Positions 18,976-29,884 of a stretch of 64,000 bases of DNA are shown here, piece by piece. Every line of letters begins with the position of its first letter. Position 1 is the stretch's first letter. This DNA is from Planctomycetota bacterium (GTDB taxonomy: Bacteria; Planctomycetota; JAJSAM01; JAJVHW01), in the NCBI GenBank assembly GCA_965248445.1, contig CBDFJG010000004.1:896001-960000 (forward strand), in the 5' to 3' direction. The position numbers and the translations under genes were made by a program. The notes beneath the pieces are model-generated. The model was not told where the DNA came from. It saw only the letters and a list, made by a program, of their open reading frames with translations, and made no database searches.

Positions 18976-21738
18976 ATGACCGGTTCCACGTATCGCAATG
19001 CCGTTAGCGTCGCCGCTCTCGCGGCCGCCGCTGTCTGTGCCGCAGCGACACCCGCGGCGGGTGGTGACTCGGATCTGCCCGAGATCGCGTACACGAAGAA
19101 GGTGCTCGCAAACGGGCTGACCGTGATCGTGCACGAGGATCACAAGGCGCCGGTCGTCGGTGTGAACATCTGGTACCACGTCGGCTCGAAGAACGAGCGG
19201 CCGGGGCGCACCGGGTTCGCGCACCTGTTCGAGCACCTGATGTTCAACGGCAGCGAGCACGCGGACACCGACTGGTTCCGCGGCACGTCGGAGATGGGCG
19301 CGACCGGCGTCAACGGCACGACGAGTAACGACCGCACGAACTACTTCGAGACCGTGCCGAAGGGCGCGCTCGATCGCACTCTGTGGCTGGAGTCCGACCG
19401 CATGGGCCACCTGCTCGGCGCGATCGACCAGGCCAAGCTCGACGAGCAGCGGGGCGTGGTCCAGAACGAGAAGCGGCAAGGCGAGAACCGTCCGTACGGC
19501 AGCGTCTGGAACCGGCTCCCTCCGCTCGCCTATCCGCAGGGCCACCCGTACTCGTGGTCCGTGATCGGTTCGATGGAAGATCTCGACGCGGCGACGGTCG
19601 ACGACGTTCACCAGTGGTTCGGCGCGTACTACGGAGCGGCGAACGCGGTACTCGTGCTCTGCGGTGACGTAGAGACCGAGCACGCACTCGCGCGCGTGGA
19701 GCACTACTTCGGCGACATCGCTCCGGGCCCGGACATCACGCGTCCTGAGGCGTGGGTCGCCAAGCGCAGCGGCACGACCCGGATCTCGGTCGAGGAGCGC
19801 GTGCCGCAGGCGCGCATCCACAAGCTGTGGAACACACCGGAGTGGGGCTCCGAAGACGCCACGCTGCTCGAGCTCGCGGCCAGCATGCTCGCCCGCGGCG
19901 AGAACTCGCGGCTCTACCAGCGCCTCGTGCGCGCAGACGGCCTCGCGACGGACGTCGTTGCTTTCCAGGACACCGCAGAGCTCGGCAGCACGTGGCACGC
20001 GTGGGCCACGGCATCGAGCGGCGTTGCGCTCGCCGACCTCGAGGCGGCACTCGACGAGGAGATCGCACGCTTCCTCGCCGATGGCCCGACGGCGGACGAA
20101 CTCGCCACGGAGAAGATCCAGGAGCGCGCTTCGCTCCTGCGGAACACCGAACGCGTGGGCGGGTTCGGCGGCAAGGCAAACCTCCTCGCATCCAGCGAGG
20201 TCTTCGGCGGAAGCCCCGACGCGTGGAAGAACCGCATGAGCGTCATCGCGGCCGCCACGCCGCAGAGTGTCCGTGACGCCGCGCGGCGCTGGCTCGCGGA
20301 CGGGGCACTGGTCATCGAGACGCTGCCGCTCGCGAGGTTCACCGCGGCAGACACAGGGGCCGACCGAACGACGCCTCCCGTGATCGAGCCGGCGTCCGCC
20401 GCGAGATTCCCGACGCTCGAGCGAGCGACGCTGTCGAACGGACTGCAGGTGGTGCTCGCCCCGCGGCCGGGATCCCCGTTGGTGCGCGTCGACGCGCTCG
20501 TGGACGCCGGATCCGCTGCGGATCCGCGCGGCGGCGCCGGCACGAACAAGTTGGTGGCCTGGTTGCTGAGGGCGGGCACCACTACGCGCACGGCCGAGCA
20601 GATCAACGTCGAAGCCGACCGTCTCGGCGCCGAACTCACGGTCAACACGGACATCGACGTGACGCGCGTGACCATCTCGTCGCTCGTCGAGACCCTCGAG
20701 CCGTCGATTGCACTGCTCGCGGACGTCACGCTGCATCCTTCGTTCCCCGACGGCGAGGTCGAGGCCCGGCGCAAACAGCAGCTCGCCGCCATCGCTCAGG
20801 AGAAGGTCGAGGGCTGGGGCATGCTCAACCGCGTGCTGCCCGGCGTGCTCTACGGCGCAGGCCATCCGTACGGCGCGCCGTGGTCCGGTAACGGTCTCGC
20901 TGACAGCGTGTCCGCCCTCGACGCGAACGCGTTGCGCGCGTTCCACAGCACGTGGTTCCGGCCTGGCAGCACGACGGTGGTGGTCACGGGTGACGCAAAG
21001 ATGGAGCAGCTGACGCCGCTACTCGAGAAGGCGTTCGCGGCCTGGAAGGCCGGCAAGGCGCCCGCGAAGGTACTGCCTGCCGCGCCTGCCGCGCAGGCGT
21101 CCCGCGTGTTCCTGCTCGACCGGCCCGGCGCGCCGCAGACCGTGATGGTCGCCGCGCAGCTCGCGCCGCCCCGTGGCGGGGACGCCGAGCTCCCGTTCGC
21201 GATCATGAACACCGTGTTCGGCGGCAGCTTCGTGTCGCGACTCAACATGAACCTGCGCGAGGACAAGCACTGGTCGTACGGCGCGCGCTCGCGCCTGTAC
21301 CAGTCGCGCGGGCCGCGCATCGTCTCCGCCGGCAGCTCGGTGCAGACCGACAAGACGTCCGAGTCATTGACGGAGATCCTGAAGGAGGTCCGCGGCATCG
21401 GCGGTGCGGTCCCGCCGACTCCGGAGGAGGTCACGACGGCGAAGTCGGGCATGACGCTCACTCTGCCGGGGCGCTGGGAGGCGACGAACGCGATTGCCGA
21501 GTCCGTCGGCGAGATCGTGACGTTCGGGTTGCCGGACACGTACTTCGACGGCTACGCCGACCGGGTGCAGGCCGTGACGACCGAGCAGCTGGACACTGCC
21601 GCCGCGCACTTCCATCCGGATCATCTGGTCTGGATCGTGATCGGCGATCTGGTCACGATCGAGGAGGGCGTGCGCGCTCTCGGCCTCGGAGAGACCACCG
21701 TGATCGACCCGGACGGGAACGCGGTCACGGCGCGCTGA
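18976..21738 (+). CDS. M16 zinc peptidase (pitrilysin-like), secreted
   Basis: Signal peptide, HLFEH motif, duplicated M16 halves. Confidence 0.95.
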   Translation: MTGSTYRNAVSVAALAAAAVCAAATPAAGGDSDLPEIAYTKKVLANGLTVIVHEDHKAPVVGVNIWYHVGSKNERPGRTGFAHLFEHLMFNGSEHADTDWFRGTSEMGATGVNGTTSNDRTNYFETVPKGALDRTLWLESDRMGHLLGAIDQAKLDEQRGVVQNEKRQGENRPYGSVWNRLPPLAYPQGHPYSWSVIGSMEDLDAATVDDVHQWFGAYYGAANAVLVLCGDVETEHALARVEHYFGDIAPGPDITRPEAWVAKRSGTTRISVEERVPQARIHKLWNTPEWGSEDATLLELAASMLARGENSRLYQRLVRADGLATDVVAFQDTAELGSTWHAWATASSGVALADLEAALDEEIARFLADGPTADELATEKIQERASLLRNTERVGGFGGKANLLASSEVFGGSPDAWKNRMSVIAAATPQSVRDAARRWLADGALVIETLPLARFTAADTGADRTTPPVIEPASAARFPTLERATLSNGLQVVLAPRPGSPLVRVDALVDAGSAADPRGGAGTNKLVAWLLRAGTTTRTAEQINVEADRLGAELTVNTDIDVTRVTISSLVETLEPSIALLADVTLHPSFPDGEVEARRKQQLAAIAQEKVEGWGMLNRVLPGVLYGAGHPYGAPWSGNGLADSVSALDANALRAFHSTWFRPGSTTVVVTGDAKMEQLTPLLEKAFAAWKAGKAPAKVLPAAPAAQASRVFLLDRPGAPQTVMVAAQLAPPRGGDAELPFAIMNTVFGGSFVSRLNMNLREDKHWSYGARSRLYQSRGPRIVSAGSSVQTDKTSESLTEILKEVRGIGGAVPPTPEEVTTAKSGMTLTLPGRWEATNAIAESVGEIVTFGLPDTYFDGYADRVQAVTTEQLDTAAAHFHPDHLVWIVIGDLVTIEEGVRALGLGETTVIDPDGNAVTAR

Positions 21739-21753
21739 CGGTACTGTCTCCGC

Positions 21754-23426
21754 ATGCTGCTCAAGGCACTCGGCGCCGCACGTGACCTGGGTCGCGTTCA
21801 GGAGATCGCGCGGGTCCTGATCCGCCACGGCTTCGGCGACCTCGCGCGCCGTACGGGACTCCTCAGCGTGGTCGAGACGGCGGGGCGCATGCTGCACTGG
21901 GAGCGCGCGCAGAACGTCGAGACGCTGACCGTCCAAGTTCGGGCGCGCAATGCGATGGAGGAGCTCGGGCCGACGTACGTGAAGTTCGGCCAGGTGCTCG
22001 CGTCGCGCCCCGACATCCTGAGGCCGGACTGGGTTGCCGCGTTTGCGCAGTTGCACGAGCACGTCGCGTCGGTGCCGTACGAAGATGTGCGAGAGCAACT
22101 CGAGGAGGACCTCGGCGGTGCCCCCGGTGACGTGTTCGCGACGTTCGACGAGGAGCCGTTCGCCGCGGGTTCGATCGCCCAGGTGCACCGCGCGACGCTG
22201 CACGACGGCAGCGACGTGGCGGTGAAGATCCGCCGCCCCGGCATCCATTCCCGCGTGCTCGCGGACCTGCGCATCCTGGAGCGTCTCGCGGAGCTGGTCG
22301 AGAAGGAGATTCCGGAACTGCGCCGCTACCGTCCGCGGGAGGTCGCACGGCAGTTCGCCCGCACGATGAAGGCGGAGCTCGATCTGGCGCGCGAGGCCCG
22401 CAGTCTGCGGCGGATCGGCGAGAACCTGGGCGAGAGCCCGTCCATCGTCCTCCCCGAGGTGATGACGAAATGGACGCACGAGCGGCTGCTGGTGCAGCGC
22501 TACCTCGACGGTCTCTCCGCTGCCGCCTGGCTGGCGGGCGAGCGACCCGCTGATGTGGATCCGCAGCCGCTGGTGCGCGCCGGCGCCGACGCAATCGTGC
22601 ACATGGTGTTCGTGGATGGCCTCTACCACGCGGATCCGCACCCGGGCAATGTGATGTTCCTGCCCGGCGGGCGCATCGGGCTGCTCGACTTCGGCATGGT
22701 CGGGCGGCTCTCCGACGAGCGCCGGGAGCAGTTCGTGCTTCTTCTCGCGGGGGTCGTGGAGGCCGACGAGGAAGCGATCGTCGATGTGCTCATCGACTGG
22801 TCTGCGCACGGCGACGCGGACATGGAGCACCTGACGCAGGACGCGTGCGAGTTCCTGGACCGCTTCCACGGCGTGCCGCTCGGGCAGCTCGACGTCACGG
22901 CCATGCTCACGTCGATCGCTGCGATCGTGCGCGAGAACCGGCTGGTGCTGCCGTCCGACGTGGCGCTGTTGGTGAAGGTCTTCGTCACGCTGGAAGGGCT
23001 CGGCCGCGCGCTCGATCCCGACTTCGACATGGCGAACCACGTCGAACCCGCGGCCCGCGAGATGGTGGCGCGGTACCGTTCGCCGCGACGCATGGCCCGG
23101 CGCGGGTTGTTGCAACTCAGATCGCTCCTCGCGTCGCTGCCGCGCGACGTGCAGGCGATCATCAAGCGCGCCCGCCGCGGCAACATGCGCGTCGAGTTCG
23201 ACCTCGCGCGTCTCGAGCAGTTCGGAAGTCAGATCGAGCGCAGTGCAAACCGCGTCACGATCGGTCTCATCACGTCCGCGCTGATCGTAGGAACGTCGAT
23301 CTCGATGACGATCGAGGGGTCGCCGAGCGTGTTCGGGTTGCCAGTGTTCGGTGTGCTGGGGTTCGTGACGTCCCTGCTGATCGCCTCGGCCTGCTGTGGG
23401 CCATCGTGCGCAGCGGCAGGCACTAG
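21754..23426 (+). CDS. UbiB/ABC1-family atypical kinase (frameshift ~23385)
   Basis: LGPTYVKFGQ, AAGSIAQVH, VAVK, HADPHPGN, DFGMVG. The C-terminal TM continues as LGLLWAIVRSGRH* in a shifted frame. Confidence 0.9.
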
Positions 23427-23515
23427 CTGCGCCCCGATCGCAATATCCGTCGCTGGAGGAACGCTCGCCGTCACCGTGCGGGGCTTCCCGCGCCCCGCGG
23501 CCGGGAGTGCCTGTC

Positions 23516-25261
23516 ATGACCGACGAACCAGATGCTTCCGCCGCCGCCCCCGCCCCCGATCGCGGCTTCGCCGCCTTGGGCCTCGGTCCCGAGCTCGTGC
23601 GGGCCGTCGAAGAACTCGGTTACGAGGAGCCGACGCGCATCCAGCGAGAGGCCGTTCCGGTGCTGCTCGCGGGACGCGACCTGCTGGGGCAGGCTGCCAC
23701 GGGCACCGGCAAGACAGCGGCGTTCGCGTTGCCAATGCTGCAGCGCCTGCGCGACGCGCCGGACACCGGACAGCTCAGCGGTCTCGTACTCGTACCGACA
23801 CGCGAGCTGGCGATCCAGGTGGCCGAGGCCGTGCACCGTTACGGGCGCGACCTCGGTGTGCGGGTGCTGCCGATCTACGGTGGCTCGTCGATGGGGCAGC
23901 AGTTGCGCGCGTTGCACCGTGGGGTGGACGTCGTCGTCGCAACACCCGGACGCGCTCTCGATCACCTGAAACGCGGAACGCTCGTTCTCAAGGAGATCCG
24001 GACCGTCGTCCTGGACGAAGCGGACGAGATGCTCGACATGGGATTCCAGGAGGATCTCGAAGCGATCCTCGGCGCGACCCCGCCCGAACGGCAGATGGCG
24101 CTCTTCTCGGCGACGTTCCCTCACCGGCTTCGCGAGATCGCCGGTCGCGCGATGCGCGATCCGGTGCGCATCGAGGTCGGGCGCGGAGACGCCGCCGCGG
24201 GTGAGATGCCGAAGATCCGTCAGCTCGTGTTCGTCGTGCGCCGGAACGACAAGAGCGCCGCGCTCTGTCGCGTGCTCGACATGGAGGCGCCGCGGGCGGC
24301 TCTCGTGTTCTGTCGCACACGAGTCGCCGTCGAAGAATTGACCGAAGTGCTGCAGAGCCGGGGCTACGGCGCCGAGGCGCTGCACGGTGGGTTGAACCAG
24401 GCGCAGCGGGACCGCGCGATGGGGCGGCTCCGGTCCGAGGCGGCCGACATCATCGTCGCCACCGATGTCGCTGCGCGGGGTATCGACATCGACCACCTGA
24501 CACACGTGGTGAACTTCGACGCGCCTCCGGGACCGGAGCAGTACACGCACCGCATCGGCCGCACCGGCCGCGCCGGGCGCGAGGGCACGGCGATCACATT
24601 CCTCGAGCCGCGGGAGCGCCGCGTTGCGCATCGCATCGAGCAAGTGACCGGACAGAAGGTCGAATCGGCGCACGTTCCCTCGGCGGCAGCGCTGCGCGCT
24701 CGCCGTCTGAACGTGCTGCGCGAGCAGATCCTCGAAGCGGCGGCGTCCCCGGGGCTCGATCCGTTCCGCGCTGTGTGTGACTCACTTGCCGGTGAACTCG
24801 CTCCGCTCGAGATCGCGGCCGCGGCGATGCGCGCGTTGCACCGCTCGGCCTGGAACGACAACCTGCAAGAGATCCCCAGCTACTCGATCGACGCGCCGCC
24901 CCGTGAGGGTCGCTTCGGCCGGCCGGACGTCGGAGGTCGGACACCCCGCCGCGACGACCATCGCCCGCAGCGTGACCAGCGACCGAGCGGAGATGCCCGG
25001 GACTCCGGCGCCGAGTGGACGCGCCTCTTCATCGGTGTGGGACAACGCGCGCGAATCCGACCCGGCGACATTGTCGGCGCCATCTTGAATGAGACGAGCC
25101 TGCCGAAGGAGGCGCTCGGACGGATCGAGATCGCGTTCAACGTCTCGTTCATCGACGTGCGTCCGGATGCTGCTGAGGCCGTTATGGACGCACTCCGCGG
25201 TACCAGTCTGCGCGGGAAGAAGGTCAAGGTCCGCCGCGACCGCGGCCCGGCGCGTCGCTGA
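23516..25261 (+). CDS. deaD: DEAD-box RNA helicase with DbpA-type C-terminal domain
   Basis: ATGTGKT, PTRELA, DEAD, SAT, ARGID, HRIGRTGR; C-terminal RLFIGVG...IRPGDIVGAI. Confidence 0.9.
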   Translation: MTDEPDASAAAPAPDRGFAALGLGPELVRAVEELGYEEPTRIQREAVPVLLAGRDLLGQAATGTGKTAAFALPMLQRLRDAPDTGQLSGLVLVPTRELAIQVAEAVHRYGRDLGVRVLPIYGGSSMGQQLRALHRGVDVVVATPGRALDHLKRGTLVLKEIRTVVLDEADEMLDMGFQEDLEAILGATPPERQMALFSATFPHRLREIAGRAMRDPVRIEVGRGDAAAGEMPKIRQLVFVVRRNDKSAALCRVLDMEAPRAALVFCRTRVAVEELTEVLQSRGYGAEALHGGLNQAQRDRAMGRLRSEAADIIVATDVAARGIDIDHLTHVVNFDAPPGPEQYTHRIGRTGRAGREGTAITFLEPRERRVAHRIEQVTGQKVESAHVPSAAALRARRLNVLREQILEAAASPGLDPFRAVCDSLAGELAPLEIAAAAMRALHRSAWNDNLQEIPSYSIDAPPREGRFGRPDVGGRTPRRDDHRPQRDQRPSGDARDSGAEWTRLFIGVGQRARIRPGDIVGAILNETSLPKEALGRIEIAFNVSFIDVRPDAAEAVMDALRGTSLRGKKVKVRRDRGPARR

Positions 25262-25727
25262 CGAAGCGCGCCGCGCCGAGCGGAGATTCAACCGGCGAGA
25301 AGCCCAGCGCCATCACGAGACGTTGGGCACGCACGTTGTTCGGAGTTGTCTCTGCGAAGATGCGCGTCACGCCGAGTTCGCCGCGGGCGAGTTCGATCAG
25401 CGCGGTGACCGCCTCGCGCGCATGGCCGAGCCCCCAGTGGCCGGGATCGACCTCGATGCCGAGGTCGGCCTCGCCGCAGGCGTGGCCTGCCTGCCGAATG
25501 CCCGCGCACCCGATCACGCGACCGCCCTCGCGCAACGTGACGATCAGCTGGAAGTTGAGCCGTGGGGCGGCGGCCGCCCACTCGCGTGCCGTCGCGACGA
25601 TGCTCTCCGCGTCCGGCGCCTCGGCGTAGTGCTCGAGGTACCGCGGGTCGCTCTGATACGCAGCTAGCGCGCGCGCGTCGCCGGGTTCGGCTTCACGCAG
25701 GACCAGCCGTTCTGTCACGAGTTGCAC
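25224..25727 (-). CDS. RimJ/RimL-type GNAT acetyltransferase
   Basis: TERLVLRE, HWGLGHAREA, N.RAQRL...LGF; strong RBS. Confidence 0.85.
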   Translation of the reverse strand: MQLVTERLVLREAEPGDARALAAYQSDPRYLEHYAEAPDAESIVATAREWAAAAPRLNFQLIVTLREGGRVIGCAGIRQAGHACGEADLGIEVDPGHWGLGHAREAVTALIELARGELGVTRIFAETTPNNVRAQRLVMALGFSPVESPLGAARFVSDAPGRGRGGP

Positions 25728-25746
25728 GCCCGCTGCTCCCTCCCTT

Positions 25747-26616
25747 GTGCTGGACCGCCCGGTCCAACAGTATTCCACGCCAGTGGGCACACCGGACACC
25801 TCCGCCCTCGACGACTACCTCTCGTTCCTCCGGGACGCCGGGGCCGAGTTCGACATCGCGCCGGACGTGGTCCACGAACCGGACCACGTTGGGCATCCGC
25901 ACTCCGACGACCGGCCGGTCCGCGATCTGCAATTGCCGGGTCTTGCGCCGATCCGCGAGCATCGGGACCCAGGCAGCAGCGTCTCCGCGTGCCATGCGAC
26001 GTTCTCGGTTGCGCAGGCCATGGCGCAGTTCGGACTGGTGCAGCCGAAGACGCCGTTCTGGGACGTCGGTTGTGGGACGGGCGTGCTGGCGCTCGCCGCG
26101 GCTTCGTTGGGCGCCGTGCCGATTCGCGGCACCGACGTCAGCTCGGACGCGCTCGCACTGGCCCGCCGGAACGTCTCCGAAGCGGGCGCCGACATCGCTC
26201 TGGCCGAGTGCTCGCTGCTCGGCGAGGGACCGACCGTGAGCGGACTCGTGGCAGCCAACCTCCCGCACAAGCCGTCCCGCGCGGCGGGGCAACTGCCGCT
26301 CGCACACGATGGCGGCCCGGACGGCGATAGGCTCTTCTCGCAGATGCTCGACGAGGCGGAGCAACGCTTCTCCCCGGGTGCGCAACTGCTGTTCTTCCTG
26401 CACTCGCTGCCGCACCCGCGACTCCTCGCGCGCGTGGGACGCGAGTTCGAACTCGGCCTGCTCTCGTGGAAGCGACGCTTCTTCGCTCCCGGCGAGTACG
26501 GCGACCTGCAGGACTGGTTTGTCGAACGGCACGCGGCAGGTACGTCGTTCGTCGGCGAGGGCGAAGACGGCCGGCGCTTCCTCGTCTGCGGGGTCTGGCT
26601 CGCGGAACGGCACTGA
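25747..26616 (+). CDS. Class I SAM-dependent methyltransferase (HemK/PrmA-like)
   Basis: DVGCGTGVLAL, D.S..AL..A..N, ANLPH...DGGPDG. Confidence 0.8.
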   Translation: MLDRPVQQYSTPVGTPDTSALDDYLSFLRDAGAEFDIAPDVVHEPDHVGHPHSDDRPVRDLQLPGLAPIREHRDPGSSVSACHATFSVAQAMAQFGLVQPKTPFWDVGCGTGVLALAAASLGAVPIRGTDVSSDALALARRNVSEAGADIALAECSLLGEGPTVSGLVAANLPHKPSRAAGQLPLAHDGGPDGDRLFSQMLDEAEQRFSPGAQLLFFLHSLPHPRLLARVGREFELGLLSWKRRFFAPGEYGDLQDWFVERHAAGTSFVGEGEDGRRFLVCGVWLAERH

Positions 26617-26653
26617 CCGGCGCCCGCCCCCTGGTTCGCGTATCCTCTCTGCG

Positions 26654-27571
26654 ATGTCCGGACGCCTGATTCCCGCTTTGCTTCTCGTCGGACTCGGTGC
26701 CGTCGTCGGTGGCGTGGTGGGGGCGCTCGTGGCGGGTGGTCCGCGCGGGGACAGCGTGACGACAGATCCGGACGGCGACGCAGGCGCGACCGAGACGCGG
26801 GTCGACGACGTCGAGCAGCGCCTCGTGGTTCTCGAGAAGCGCACGTCTGGGCGAGTGCGCGCGGACGTCGCTCGCGACGACGCGCCGGCTAGCGGCGCTG
26901 ACGCACGCCCAGCCATCGACATGTGGCGGTAGAGCGGCGACGGCGCCGCGGGCGACGTTGGCGTCACGGCAGACTTCGTGAAGGCCGTGCGCGAGGCGAT
27001 CGACACGATCCGCAGCGAGGACGCCGTCGCCGCCACGGAGCGCAAGCGCGCCGCAGACTTCAAGAACAGGATGGGTGAGGTCGATCGACGGCTGCGCGAC
27101 TACAAGGCGAAGCTCGAACTGACGGATGCGGAGGCGACTGCATTCAGGGCCGCTGCGGAGGCGGGGCTCGAACGGCACCTGGTCGCGCAGGCGGACGGCG
27201 CTTCGCGTGAGGACCTCGCCGCGATCGACCGGGAGAAGGAGCGCGCCTACCGTGAGATCCTCGGCAACGCCAAGCATCGCGAATTCCGCAAGCTCGAGAT
27301 CGACCACCTCGCACGGCCGGTGATCGTGGACGCCGCGAACCGCGCCGGTGTTGACAGCCACCAGCGGGATCAGATCGAGCGATTGCTCTCCGATCACATC
27401 GAGCGCTACGTCGATCCAGAGATCCGCCTCCGCACCGAGGAACTGGACGCCGCGACGCGCGGCTCGATCATGAAGGACATGAAAGAGGCCAACCGCGCGG
27501 CGTGGGACCGGCTACGCAACCAGATTCTCACACCGGAGCAGCGCGAGCGCGTCCCCGTCCGACTGCGCTAG
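26654..27571 (+). CDS. Hypothetical membrane-anchored helical protein, split by in-frame TAG (26930-26932)
   Basis: The N-terminal TM ORF and ORF 26978-27571 share a frame and are separated only by one TAG. Confidence 0.55.
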
Positions 27572-27590
27572 CCACGAACCGGCCCTCTCG

Positions 27591-28739
27591 ATGAGCGCCC
27601 GCTCCGCCTGTCCGATCGCCGCGCCCGAGGAGCAGCCCGTCACGTTCGTCGAGCTGTTCTTCGATCTCGTGTTCGTGTTCTCACTCACGAAAGTCGTGGG
27701 GTTGCTGCATCACGACTTCGGCTGGGCGGCCGCAGGACGCGCCGCGCTCGTGTTCTGGCTCGTGTGGTGGGCGTGGACGCAGTTCACGTGGGCACTGAAC
27801 GCGGCGGACACCAAGCACACACTCGTGCGTCTCGGAACGCTACTTGCCACCGCCGTCACGTTCTTCATGGCGATCGCCGTGCCAGAGGCGATGGGCGAGC
27901 GCTCTCTCTGGTTTGCGGTCTCCTACGTGATCGTGCGCGCCATCGGGCTCGGCATGTACCTGTGGGTCGTCTGGTGGCACTCCGCTCACCGACGTGCCGT
28001 GATCAGCTTTGCGGCCATGTCGGCGTTCGGACTCTGCGCTGTGCTGGCCGGCGGTGCCGTCGGCGGCACCGCCCAGTACGGCCTATGGGGTCTGGCGATC
28101 GCTCTCGACGTTCTCGCCGGTCTCGTCAGCACGAAGAAGGAGGGCTTCCGGGTTCAGCCCGCGCACTTCGGCGAGCGCCACGCGTTGTTCGTGATCATCG
28201 CTCTGGGCGAGACGCTCGTCGTTGCAGCAGGGGGAGTCACTGGGGCCGCGTGGACGATCGACGTCCTCGAGATCGCTGCGCTCGCGGTCGCGACCACGTG
28301 CGCCCTCTGGTGGACGTACTTCCCGCTCTCCAAGCCTCGTCTGGAGGGCGCTCTGCACGCGCAGTCCGCGGCGTCGCAGAGCAACATCGCCGGCGACGCA
28401 TTCAGCTTGCTCCACTTTCCCGTGCTGTGTGGCATCGTCGCTTTCGCGCTGGCGGTGGAGCAGTCGCTTGCGCACGCGGGTCAGACGATGCCGCGGGAAG
28501 GCACGGCCGCGCTGGCCGCGTCGGTACTCCTCTTCGTCGGCGGGACCGGTCTCGCGCTCTGGCGAGCGACGGGCCGAGTCCCCTTCGCGCGACTCGCCCT
28601 TGCGGCAGCAACAGGGCTCACCATTGCGTTTGCGCGCGGAATCTCCGTTCACACCTCGCTGGTGATCGCGCTGGCCGGCGCGACCGCCGTGGCGGTATTC
28701 GAGCAGGTCACTGCTCGCTCGTCGGCCGCCACGACGTAG
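27591..28739 (+). CDS. ltrA: Low temperature requirement protein A family
   Basis: VTFVELFFDLVFVF, WWAW, HFGERHALFVIIALGE, LWWTYF. Confidence 0.9.
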   Translation: MSARSACPIAAPEEQPVTFVELFFDLVFVFSLTKVVGLLHHDFGWAAAGRAALVFWLVWWAWTQFTWALNAADTKHTLVRLGTLLATAVTFFMAIAVPEAMGERSLWFAVSYVIVRAIGLGMYLWVVWWHSAHRRAVISFAAMSAFGLCAVLAGGAVGGTAQYGLWGLAIALDVLAGLVSTKKEGFRVQPAHFGERHALFVIIALGETLVVAAGGVTGAAWTIDVLEIAALAVATTCALWWTYFPLSKPRLEGALHAQSAASQSNIAGDAFSLLHFPVLCGIVAFALAVEQSLAHAGQTMPREGTAALAASVLLFVGGTGLALWRATGRVPFARLALAAATGLTIAFARGISVHTSLVIALAGATAVAVFEQVTARSSAATT

Positions 28740-28758
28740 GTACCTGCCGCGGTGGCGG

Positions 28759-29769
28759 CTACCGGCCGCGTCCGCCGCGTCCGCCGCCAGGACCGGGCCC
28801 GCCCATCTCCTTCATCGGATCCGACTCGGTGTAGCCGTCCGGGCGGGTGACGAACACAGCGTCGCCGTGAGTTGCCTCCTCGGCGCTCTTGACTCGCGTG
28901 GTCTCGGTGATCTTGCCCTCGTCGTACGTCACGGTGACCCACGGGAAGCCCTTGATGTGCTCCATCTCGTCGGCGAACCCGAAGCGGCGGGTCTGGCCGG
29001 GGATGTTCTTGGGCATCAGGTCCATGATCTTCTGCATGTACTTCGCGAACGCCATGTAGGACTCGCGCGCCTCCGCGGTCGCGCCGGAGGCAGGGAGCGT
29101 GTAGACGTGCCGCTTGAGCACGCCGCTCGGGTCCTTGACGCTCCACTTCGTGTACGTCTTGCCCTCGAACGTCGCGCCGCCCTCGTTGGTGTAGGTGTCG
29201 TGCGGCGGCTTGCCGTCCGCGGCCTTGGGCTGCTTCATCTTCTCGAGGTTCTTGATCGGGTCTTCGAGCATCTTGCGGACGCTGTCCGGCGTTCCCGCCG
29301 GGAGACTCGCGAGCGACTGCTTGAGCCGCGCGATCGAGGCGTCGATGTCACCGCCCGCACCACCCGCACCACCGGGAACGCCGCTGCCCACACCGCCCAT
29401 GCCTCCACCCATGCGGTTGCGCATCGCCTCCATGCGCTTCAGCATCTCTTTCATCTTCTCCTCGGTCATGAGCTGGAACGTCTTCTTCTCATGGTCGAGG
29501 ACGCCCATCTCCTTGCCGTTGAAGGCCGTCGACGAGGTCTTCCCGGTCGGGTCCTCGGCCGATGGCGTCGTCATGGCGAGCTTGTCGCCCTCGGCCTTGA
29601 CGACGCTCGTCATCTTCACTTCTTTGGCTTCCCCAGCCGGTGCCGGCATGCCCGGGTACATGGGCTTGGGCATCTCCTTCGACGTGGTCTCGATGGTGAG
29701 GGTGGCGCCGGCGCTCGCCGTCGCGGCGAACATGGCGACGAGCGCCGTGGCGATGAGTTTGCGTCGCAT
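28759..29769 (-). CDS. Secreted hypothetical protein (DUF4412-like)
   Basis: Signal peptide; Met/Gly-rich; C-terminal KGFPW...F..PDGY. Confidence 0.6.
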   Translation of the reverse strand: MRRKLIATALVAMFAATASAGATLTIETTSKEMPKPMYPGMPAPAGEAKEVKMTSVVKAEGDKLAMTTPSAEDPTGKTSSTAFNGKEMGVLDHEKKTFQLMTEEKMKEMLKRMEAMRNRMGGGMGGVGSGVPGGAGGAGGDIDASIARLKQSLASLPAGTPDSVRKMLEDPIKNLEKMKQPKAADGKPPHDTYTNEGGATFEGKTYTKWSVKDPSGVLKRHVYTLPASGATAEARESYMAFAKYMQKIMDLMPKNIPGQTRRFGFADEMEHIKGFPWVTVTYDEGKITETTRVKSAEEATHGDAVFVTRPDGYTESDPMKEMGGPGPGGGRGGRGR

Positions 29770-29884
29770 GTGGGTCTCCTCCTCTTCCTCCGCCTTGGGC
29801 CCGGCAGTATAGGGCGCACTAGGCTCCATGACTCCCGATCGCACCCGAACCGGAGGCCCTCCCGCACGTTCGCATCGGGCAAGG

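Noticed and set aside
17794..23517. Long antisense ORFs (17794-20946, 21364-23517 and similar throughout)
   Set aside because: Shadow ORFs of high-GC coding sequence: Arg/Pro/Gly-rich, no motifs, opposite well-supported genes.
21754..24204. 816-aa UbiB overlapping the DEAD helicase
   Set aside because: Run-on after the frameshift at ~23385; the real end is 23426.
26930..26932. Pyrrolysine recoding
   Set aside because: No pyl genes in view, TAG is used as a normal stop throughout, and the site is in a low-complexity linker.
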